DNA of 64,000 bases from Lepidodermella squamata. Its lineage: Eukaryota > Animalia > Gastrotricha. The stretch lies in the NCBI GenBank assembly GCA_047495785.1, contig JBLDXI010000007.1, forward strand, positions 62,001 to 126,000. Direction: 5' to 3'. This document shows positions 24,291 to 34,195 of this stretch, piece by piece. Position 1 is the stretch's first letter, and each line of letters starts with the position of its first letter. A model generated the notes under the pieces. That model made no database searches, was not told where the DNA came from, and saw only the letters and a program-made list of their open reading frames with translations. The translations under genes were made by a program, and so were the position numbers.

Positions 24291-25172
24291 ATGATCGCAA
24301 CTGATTTGATTTTCGGCGCTTTCCTATTCGTTTTCGGCTCGACTCTTTCGTGTCTCATCATCTACCTTGGCATCATCATTGTCGATTCTTACGTCAAGTC
24401 TCCGTGGCTCGGCTTCACGTTAGGAATGGCTTTGCTCGGCATTATTCGACTGACGCTTATCAAAATGATGACAACTAATTTAATCTGGGTCATTTTCAGC
24501 CAAATTTGGGTCTTGTCTAAATTCGTCCTCTCAAAACTGCCATACGTAGGAAAGTGGCTTCAAGCTGAAGATTTTGATTTTGATGATGACGACGAAGATG
24601 TCGGAAAATACGCCAACAGTCCTCAACAAAGCGGCCAGAATTTCGCACCAGGTTACCATCAACTCTACCAGTTGGAAGGCCATGATAACGCTCAATCAGC
24701 CTCGCCACCTTCGTCAACCGCGTCGATTTTCGGCAGTGAGGACGACTACGGAGATGACGGCAGGCTACACCGGCGTCGAAGCACTGTTTTTTCAACACTG
24801 TCATCCTCAACTTCGACCGCTAGCAAGCAAACGGCGGCTTTATCAGGCGCTGAATGCGTCGTTTGCTTAGCTTCACCGAAAAATGTACTTTTACTACCGT
24901 GTCGGCATCTATGTTGTTGCACGGCCTGTGTCGACCGGCTGTTCACAGCCTCGAATTCACTATCATCATCTCAGCCGTCGATTATCAACAACAACAATCA
25001 CAATCATAATACAACTGTGAACGGTAGCAACAACCTTCAAGTTGTTTTGACGCGGTATTATCGCAATTTCCAGCGGAACATGTCCCGGCTATTACACGCC
25101 AGGCATAAGGAACTTGGCACGTGTCCCATTTGCCGCAGCGCTGTTCGCAAGGTGATTCATGCTTACACCTGA
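24291..25172 (+). CDS. Membrane-anchored C3HC4 (zf-C3HC4_3 type) RING E3 ligase, RNF26-like architecture
   Basis: 2-3 N-terminal hydrophobic helices; C-terminal CVVC..KNVLLLPCRHLCCCTAC...CPICR..V...IHAY. Confidence 0.78.
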   Translation: MIATDLIFGAFLFVFGSTLSCLIIYLGIIIVDSYVKSPWLGFTLGMALLGIIRLTLIKMMTTNLIWVIFSQIWVLSKFVLSKLPYVGKWLQAEDFDFDDDDEDVGKYANSPQQSGQNFAPGYHQLYQLEGHDNAQSASPPSSTASIFGSEDDYGDDGRLHRRRSTVFSTLSSSTSTASKQTAALSGAECVVCLASPKNVLLLPCRHLCCCTACVDRLFTASNSLSSSQPSIINNNNHNHNTTVNGSNNLQVVLTRYYRNFQRNMSRLLHARHKELGTCPICRSAVRKVIHAYT

Positions 25173-25483
25173 TATAATAATGACGAACTTCGACATATGA
25201 GTTGTCCGCCATATTTATTTCATTTTTTACACAATATTATGCTGGGTATTTTCTTCGACACACCCTGGGTGACTAAAGCAATAAATTTAGCCGATATGAA
25301 CTCGATATGTTATTTTTAACGAAAAAAAGCTATTTTTCGACGATTTGTCGATAGGAGTTTTATAATTGTCCAGACACTGATAAGGTGCGCCATATGCGAT
25401 ATTCGACGAAACGATGCTAATGCGATTTTTTCGATAAAAAGTAACCTTTTCGCGAGACTTTTTTTTATTGTTATTCATTTTAT

Positions 25484-26276
25484 ATGGCTTTGGAAAGAAT
25501 CAGGGCAAATTTGCTGGACATTGACTTCGACGTACAGCGGCTCGCCGCAGAAATGTCGATGATTTATCCGGAAATTTTCGACGACGCCTTTCGGAGTCGT
25601 ATTCGAAAATCACCTGTCGATATTCTTGAAATTTGCACGGCATTATCGGAAAAACCGGTCGTCGGATTTGTCGTAGCTATGGAAGCGGCTAAGCGCTGCG
25701 ATTTCGAACAAGTCGCCGATATTATCAAGGCTGATATCGTCGATCTTTACACCGAGACGCCGGAATCTGGCGCGAAGATGCAGTTGAAATCGCGGCTAGC
25801 GAATTATTTTTCATTCATCGATGCCGATAGCCGAATAGCCGAGGCTTTTCGCCGCCAGTTGCCTCGACGAAAATCAGCTCCGGTCGTTATTAGCAACGAG
25901 CCTCGAATATCCGACGGAGCTGTAAGTCGTATGACAACATTGAGTGATTCAGTGGTCGACTATAGCTCAGAACGGCGCCTGAGTGAGGGTAGTGAATGCG
26001 TAAGCCACCTTAATGATAAAAAAATCCAATATTTTACTCAATTTTTTTTAGATTATTTGCCTTGATGCGCCTAAAACGGAACTCGTTTTGCCATGTCGGC
26101 ACTTATGCGTTTGCCTGGAGTGCTCTCACAAATTGGCGGAGGAGCCTATTGGCACTTCAACAACCGATCACCAACCCGCAAGATCGTGCGTAACTCAACG
26201 GCAAAGAAGTGCGACAATGAGTCGCTGCCCAGTGTGCCGAGGCGAAGTAACCGAAATAATTCACGCCTTCATATGA
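25484..26276 (+). CDS. C3HC4 RING protein with probable N-terminal CARD/death-fold (intron ~26000-26051)
   Basis: Spliced [26 protein letters not shown]...CPVCRGEVTEIIHAFI*. The N-terminal ~85 aa is helical with a CARD-like pattern. Confidence 0.78.
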
Positions 26277-26733
26277 CCGAGAATTAATTTTATCTAAACT
26301 TATTTTTTTAATTGCTTTAATCCTGCAATATCATGAATAAATAATTATGTCATTATTTGTGGCCTGGTTTTTGTTCGGAGCTTGCACAACGTCCTTTTGT
26401 TTGAAAGGGCATGACATAACATGAGTTCACAATGACAGTGCGCTCCTGATTCTTATCTTTTTGGCCTGAATTCGTTGGATCAGTCGGAAAGAAACGAGGT
26501 CATCTAACGCACAGGTAACACAGGGCGGTGTAATAATTACAGCCCCGCCTTGCTTATCGGCGTCTTCTAAAATATCCCACAGCGATTTCGCACTCGCGCA
26601 TCGTTGTGCGCGATTATCGGCACGGTCACGCCTATAAACGAGACCTAACCTCACACCTCTACTCGGGTATAAATACGCGGCACATTTCAGCGCATAGGTA
26701 AATCATTCGAATAATTTTCTGGCTTTGAATTTC

Positions 26734-29405
26734 ATGCACTGCTTGATCGTCGCCACGCTCGCCTTGATGGCGGAGAGCGCGATGGCTGTGAATACTTTCC
26801 AGGATTCGCTCAATGTCGCCGCTATCATGGCTGAACTTTCGCGTTTGATGCTTCTGAAGCACAACATTTCGAAGCCGTTCAGAGACGCCACTATCCAAAC
26901 GAAGCCGATTCTAGAGGACGATTTGCGCCTAACTGTTCCTCAAGCGTCTATGCTGCTCGAAAACCTACAGCGTGAAATGGGAATTATCGGCCCCAATGTC
27001 AAGAGAGTTTCAACCAGCGCCGGAAAATGGACTTTCCCGATCAAATACTCGTTCGACGGGACTCATTGTAAGTTTACAAATTTGGTCGCAAAAATGGATT
27101 ATATCATTATGAGCTTTGCTTACAGCTGAATCAGAAAAGGCGACTATCCGCCTCGGACTCAATATGTGGCAGTCTACGACATGCGTATCTTTCAAGGAGT
27201 ACTCGACTCCATCGCAAATCAACAATGGACCATCGATTATTTTCCAAAAAGGATCTGGCTGTTGGTCCTATCTTGGTAACTTTTATCGTTCGATTATTCG
27301 ACACAAACTAATTATGCGCTAATTTTAGGTCAAAGCGGCGATCAATGGCAGCCGATTTCTCTGGGTGATGGCTGCGTTTACGTAAGATAAAGGCCAAATT
27401 TCATGACCGAAATTACGAATTTTTATTAGGATGGCGTTGCTGCTCACGAAACTGGTCATGCTCTCGGAATGGTGATTTTTCAAATTTTTAAAAATGCATG
27501 AAATAAATGTTTGTATTTATCATAGTATCACGAACAAATGAGACCAGATCGCGACAGCTATGTTCGCATCAACTTGGCCAACTGCATCGCTGGTTACGAA
27601 GGGGCCTTCGCCAAGGTTGCCGCCAGCGACGATACCAACTACGGCGCCCCGTACGATTTCGAATCTGTGATGCACTACGACTCGCTAGGTTTCACCACAG
27701 ACTATTGGGGCAAAAAGCGAACGATCGAGTCACTCGATCCCAAGTACATCACGTCGATGGGTAACCGAGATTTCCTGTCGTTCAATGACATTAAACGCAT
27801 CAACTACCATTACAACTGCATCGGTAAGTGATCGAAGTGATCTTGGACATGCTTCAGTTTTGATTTATCCTTATAGCTACGGCTTGTGGAAGTACCAAAC
27901 TTTCTCAATCTTGCCAAAACGGCGGCTACCAAGATCCGAAAAACTGCGTCAAATGTCGGTGCCCTCGCGGATGGGGTGGAGATTTCTGCACCCAGCCTGC
28001 CCCGTCTCAGGGCGCCACTTGCGGTGGAACCATCAACCTAGCCGCGTGCTCTCAAACCACAATCAGATCGCCGAACTACCCGTCCAGCTATCAAGCTGGA
28101 ACTCGGTGTTCCTGGGTCATTCAAGCGGTAAATTTTATTACCAATCCTCGAACATTAGTAAATTAGGTATCTTTTCCAGCCCGCTGGTTCGCAGATCGTT
28201 TTTGGATTTGAAAGCCAGCCCGACGTCCCTTGCGACAACGCCGATAAATGCATCGACTTTGTTGATATAAAGCTGAGAACTGATGATCCAACGTTCAACG
28301 GCGTCAAGTAAATCTCCCAAATCGCATACCTTTCCTTGACCTAACGATTTGTTTTAAGGTTCTGTAAATGTGGCCAATCAAGCGGTCGCTACACTGTGAG
28401 CAACAACCAGGCCGTTGTGTCATTTTTTGCCCAGCGATCGGCGACTGGCTTTCAGCTGAATGTCTACGCTACATGCTCCGGAACCAGTGCTTCTGCCCTA
28501 TCTAGCGAATGCGTCATCTCCAGCACCGGCTACGACTACATCGGCTCAAGGACGACGACCAGCGGGGGCCAGACTTGCGCGGCATGGTCTGGTCAGACGT
28601 CTCTGAGTTCCCTCAGCTTTCCCGATGGATCTTTGCTAGCTGCTGGTAACAAATGCCGCAACCCTGACTCGCGATCGGCGCCTTGGTGCTACACCACTAC
28701 CCGTTATACAACAACAGGGTCATGCGATGTATTCTCGAAATGCCGTAAGTCACTGAAACTAGCTGTAAATTTAAAATTCTAAATTTAATTTTTTTGAAGC
28801 GGCGGGATCAACGACTCAAGGGCCAGTCACAGTGAGCACTACAACGCCGCCTAGGGTGGCAACCCAAGCCCCCGTGGTTACTACTACGACCTCTGGGTAA
28901 TAATAATTTTGAAAAGCGTTATCTTTATTAATACTTTTCAATTAATTAAGGAATATTAATGGCGGTCAATCATCAACTTGCCGCACAACTACAGCCGGGC
29001 AGAATTACATCGGCACTGTTAGCACGACGGTCAGTGGTCGCACGTGCCAGCGCTGGGACAATCAGTGGCCGCAATCGCACAACTACAACCAGGGGTCATT
29101 TTTTCCAGATGGCCAAATGTGGCTTGTCGGCAATAACTGCCGTAATCCTGACCCGTCGAAATTTCCGAACGGTGTTTGGTGCTTCACTACCGATCAGAAC
29201 GTGCGCTGGGAATACTGCAGTGTCCCACGGTGTTCAAAAAAGCGTAATTGGATCGAAAAAATGGCTCGCGAATATTTTGACCTTGTGGTAAGTGAAAGAA
29301 ATCTCTCATTATTTACTTGTTAAAACTGATTTTTTTATGCAGGATCGAGATGCTCGTGATGACGACTTGATGGCAGAATTCGACGAGGGCGGATATTTCA
29401 ACTGA
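26734..29405 (+). CDS. Astacin (M12A) metalloprotease A: signal-pro-astacin-EGF-CUB-kringle-Thr linker-kringle-acidic tail
   Basis: HETGHALGMYHEQMRPDRD (split by an intron), Met-turn SVMHY, GCWSYLG, CQNGGYQDPKNC.KCRCP.GWGG (EGF), SPNYPSSY..G..C.W.I (CUB), and two N.CRNPD...WC kringles. Confidence 0.92.
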
Positions 29406-30234
29406 TTGCAGTGAAACCTGGTCATTTTTTTAAATATTATAGCAGTAGCTCTTTGGTATTGAAGCACCTATTTCATCACCTGTGATAGATTTCACTTATT
29501 CACGTGTGGCACTAGGGATAAATCACCTTGCTATAATTCGCCGCCGCGATGGCGGCAATGCACTGCAAAAATTGGCACGGTTACACTTGAAGTCACTCAT
29601 CCACTTTAGTTTCTTTGTCATTTGTTTTCGCCACTGTTAGCTTTTTTAGTTAGTTTGTAGTTTATTGTCCCAATTTGTACGGTTTCTAGTGAAAATACCA
29701 GTGATTTGTCTTTGTTACTTGGCTTGGAGAAATAAAAAGTTGAGAGCAATTTGGTTGTTTTTTTGAGGTCATGAGATCACCTTGATCATCAGAAAGATCA
29801 TCGTTGAAAAATCATTGAATTTTGAATCGCGCTGTTGCAACTAAAGTAAATCAGTTGAAATGATGTGCCCCTCTGCCTTTCGATTCAAAATCTGTAACAT
29901 TCATCAGGGTTAACATTTGCGCAATAGAGCAATATTGCCGAACACTTATTACCTAGATCTTATCTTTTTTTCTATTTCACTCAAAAGCGATGGGCTAGGT
30001 AGGTGCCGGGACGTGACCAGTGCCAGTTGCATATTGCCGACGAAATGCGCGCAATCCATCTCCGATTGAGGCATGGTGGGAACAACCCGCTTTCACACCC
30101 ATTATAGCAATGTAACCACTCCCGCCAGTCTAAGGTGTGCATCTGACAGGTAAATTTGCGGGTACTCTTACCCATTTTATTTCATTACTTCGATTTTATT
30201 CGTTTTGAAATAATCCGATTTGCTGATTTTTCGG

Positions 30235-32860
30235 ATGCGTCTAATAGCCATTCTAGTAGTTATCGCGGCGCTTTTAAATCCAGCTTTAGCTGTGAACAGC
30301 TTTTCCGACTCCCTAAATGTGGCATCAATCATGGCGGAATTGTCGCGCCTCATGCTTCAGAAGCACAACATTTCTAAGCCTTTCAGAGATGCCGTAGTGG
30401 TGACGACGCCACTTCCTGAGGATGATTTGAGGCTAACTGTCCCACAAGCGACGAGACTATTGGAGAATTTACAGCTGGAGATGGGCATCATAGGTCCCAA
30501 CGGCAAACGCGTTTCAATCGACGCTGGTAAATGGACAATGCCTATCAAATACGCTTTCGACGGGACCCATTGTAAGTTTTTTCCTGGATTCAAATGATTC
30601 AATTGAATAATCTCTATAAAATTATTAGCTGAGTCGGAAAAGGCAATTATACGGAGAGGTATTAATATGTGGGCGTCGTCGACTTGCCTCACGTTTCGAG
30701 AATTTTCCTCAATGTCCCAAATTCAAAACACACCTTCAATAATTTTTCAAAAAGGCTCCGGCTGCTGGTCGTATTTAGGTAAAAAATTCAGATTTTTCTT
30801 TTTACATTTCATTTTAAAGATATACATTTTAGGACAAAGTGGAAGCCAGTGGCAGCCGATTTCGTTGGGAGATGGATGTGTTTACGTTAGTTTCATTCCC
30901 CCAAAATGAGGCTGATATTATAGGAATTTTTACTTACAGGATGGAGTCGCTGCCCACGAGGTTGGACATGCCTTAGGAATGTACCATGAACAAATGAGGC
31001 CGGATCGAGATAGCTTTGTCCGAATCAATCTAGCCAACTGCATCACCGGCTATGAAGGTGCCTTTGCCAAGGTTGGAGCAAATGAGGACAATAACTACGG
31101 CGCCCCATACGATTTCGAATCCGTGATGCATTACGACTCGCTAGGTTTCTCTAACGATTACTGGGGCAAGAAGCGAACAATAGAGCCAGTTGACATGAGA
31201 TACCTTACATCGATGGGAAACCGAGATTTTCTGTCATTCAATGACATTAAACGCATCAACTACCACTACAACTGCATTGGTATGTGATCGAAGCTTATGC
31301 CTTAAACCTGCTTAAAAGTTATGCATTACTTTATATAGCATCAGCATGTGGTAGTACCAAGCTTTCTCAATCGTGCCAAAACGGCGGCTACCAAGATCCG
31401 AAAAACTGCGTCAAATGTCGGTGCCCTCGCGGCTGGGGCGGCGATTTTTGCAACCAGCCTGCCCCATCTCAGGGTGCTACTTGCGGTGGATCCATCAACC
31501 TAGCCGCTTGCTCTCAAACCACAATCAGATCGCCGAACTACCCATCCAGCTACCAGGCAGGAACCAGTTGCAATTGGCTAATTCAGGCGGTAAGTTGGCC
31601 TTTTTTAAAGAAGAGTTCTATTCTCAATCTTTTCGTTTTCAGCCCACTGGGTCTCAAATCGTATTCGGATTCGAAAGTCAGCCCCAAATGCCCTGTGATA
31701 ATGCTGACAAGTGTATAGATTTCTTGGATATAAAGCTCAGAACTGACGATCCAACATTCAATGGTGTAAAGTATGTCGAAAATCAAGCGAATTTGATGCG
31801 CCAATTATTGATTTTAATTTTCAGATTCTGCAAATGCGGTATCTCAAGTGGTCGCTTCTCTGTCGCCAGCTCTCAAGCCGTTGTCTCATTTGTTGCTTCT
31901 CGATCTGCATCCGGTTTTCAACTGAACGTCTACGCCACATGCTCTGGAACCAGAGCTTCGTCCTTGTCTAACGAATGCGTACTGTCAAACACTGGCTACG
32001 ACTACATCGGGTCCAGGACAGCGACCAGTGGGGGCCAGACTTGCGCGGCCTGGGCCGGGCAAACCTCCCTTGGCCCACTCAGCTTTCCTGAAGGATCGCT
32101 GCTTGCGACTGGCAACTTGTGCCGCAATCCTGACTCGCGATCGGCGCCCTGGTGCTTCACGAGTTCTCGCTACACTACAACAGGGTCGTGCGATGCATTG
32201 ACGAAATGCCGTAAGATTTTTTATCAAAATTGTTGAGTTTTTCTTTAAAATTAATCTCGACTTTACATAGCCACTACTACCAGCTCAACTACTGTTGCTC
32301 CGATTTCTACTACAACCACAACAGCCGCGACTACTACAACCAAGTCGGCGATCACGACTACAACCGCCATCAGCACCACTACTACCCAGTAAATAAGATG
32401 ACTTTTTTGAATATTTAATCGCAATTTCTTTTGTGCGTAGATCAGGAGGCCTGTCAACAACATGCCGTTCGACTGTGGCTGGTCAAAGATACGTTGGAAC
32501 AGTGGCTACTACCGTTGGCGGTCGCAGTTGTCAGCGGTGGGATAACCAGTGGCCGCAATCGCACAACTACAGCCAGGGCTCGATGTTTGCTGACGGAGCG
32601 ATCTGGCTTGTCAGCAATTACTGCCGCAATCCTGATCCGGCGAATTTTCCGAACGGCGTGTGGTGCTTAACCACCGATTCGAAAGTGCGTTGGGAGTACT
32701 GTAGCATTCCACTTTGCCAGGGCGTTTCAGGTCGAAAACGCAACTGGTTTGAAAAGCTGGCCCGGGAGTATTCTGAGCTTTTGGTAACGGCTAAATTTTT
32801 ATTATAATTTTCAATCGATCATAATATTATTGTCTTTAACAGGATGATGAGTCATGGTGA
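30235..32860 (+). CDS. Astacin metalloprotease B, same architecture (2 kringles)
   Basis: HEVGHALGMYHEQMRPDRD, SVMHY, EGF, CUB, two kringles, Thr-rich linker, tail GRKRNWFEKLAREYSELLDDESW*. Confidence 0.92.
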
Positions 32861-33524
32861 AATAGAAAACAGGAATTCCGGCCCCTGATATTTCAAGCAA
32901 TTTTTGTAGCTCCTGACCGACTTAATCTTCATGTGATTACAAACTTTAGGATTTTTGAGCTTGACAAATAATTCGATTTTCTACAAGTTGAGAATTGGAT
33001 TCACCAAATAATTTCTTTAGTCATCACTGATTGATCTTACTTGTTCAATGTCTGTTATTTGCTGTAATTTTCCGCGCCACCACTGGTGAAATAGAAATAA
33101 AATCTTGGGTTGTAACTGTTTCTTTTTACTCTATTTGCCGTGAAAAATCTCATGTTAATACCTATTGAAGGAATAATTTAAAATTTAAAGTTCGAAATAG
33201 CTTTTGGCTGAGCGGTTCAAAACCTTCAAAAGTAACTCTCGAAGCCGAACACGTATAAGGCCTCTTGATCAAAAAAGTTGCTGAAGCAAATAATTGCTTT
33301 CTCTGTGGTATCCCAGTATCCTGTGAAGTTGAAACCTTGAGCTCAGTCCTCAACTATAAATACTACCACTCAGCTAATAGCGGGCCATAATAACTCTGCA
33401 GATTTGGTATTCCTATAAATCCTCATTGAATTTCGACTCGGCTATCAATCATAATCTGAATCAGCATACGACTGGCAACGTTTCATTCTACTAATCAGAG
33501 CAAAAAAAAGCAGAATATCTTTTG

Positions 33525-33792
33525 GCGGAACCAAATTTGCCTGTTGCGGAACCAAATTTGACTGGAGCGGAACCAAATCGGCATTTTGCGGAACCTAATT
33601 TTAGGTAAGCAAAAGGCCGCTTTTTGAATATTTCTACGAAATTGAGGCAATGCATGAATTCTAAAGCGAAGAATGCGTCTTTTACAGAATTTTACGTTGA
33701 ATTTATCTCTAATTATGCTGATAAATCATGACAAGCTTGAAAGCCTCGAAAATTGGCTTTAGGCCCATCGAAAATTCCAAAATTTGGTTCCG
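33525..33792. repeat. Four 21-bp-period copies of GCGGAACCAAATT plus one inverted copy
   Basis: Motif starts at 33525, 33546, 33567 and 33588; reverse complement AAATTTGGTTCCGC at ~33779-33792. Confidence 0.8.
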
Positions 33793-34133
33793 CTAAAAGT
33801 AAAACCCCAAAAAGAGTAAGCCGAAAACTAAGCAAGCCAGCATAACAAGCTTCTCTCTTAATCATAGTTATTTTTTATTTCGAGTCATTACATTTTGGGA
33901 GAAGAGATGATGCACTGTCCGGCCGGCGTCTAGCGCGCTTATGAAACCACTGATCAGCGATATAAGGAGCAACAAAAGCGCTTTTGTTTCATCTATCAGT
34001 ATCTCCGATCAACCATCTCCCGCAACGAATGGAGGTGTATCATCACTGGCGCGCTCACACGCGCAACGCCGCGCCGTCTGTGCGCAACCGTAATAAGTAT
34101 CTCACACTTTGAAAAGGCCTCGCAATCGTGGAC

Positions 34134-34167
34134 TATAAATTGAGGTTTATTAACAAACGAGACATTC
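34134..34167 (+). promoter_or_regulatory. TATA box + initiator-like CATTC for astacin C
   Basis: TATAAA at 34134 with CATTC 30 nt downstream. The same arrangement occurs before astacin D (TATAAA 39251, CATTC 39281). Confidence 0.55.
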
Positions 34168-34195
34168 AGAAGAAATTTTCATCGTTTCTTGTTCG

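Noticed and set aside
26450-26620. GATA-type sites (TCTTATCTTT, also at ~29958) upstream of astacins as evidence for gut expression
   Set aside because: The motif is too short and frequent in this AT-rich DNA to support a claim without enrichment statistics.
33525-33600. Regular repeat with variable spacers as a CRISPR array
   Set aside because: Repeat of 13 bp and spacers of 8 bp are far too short; eukaryotic context; no cas genes.
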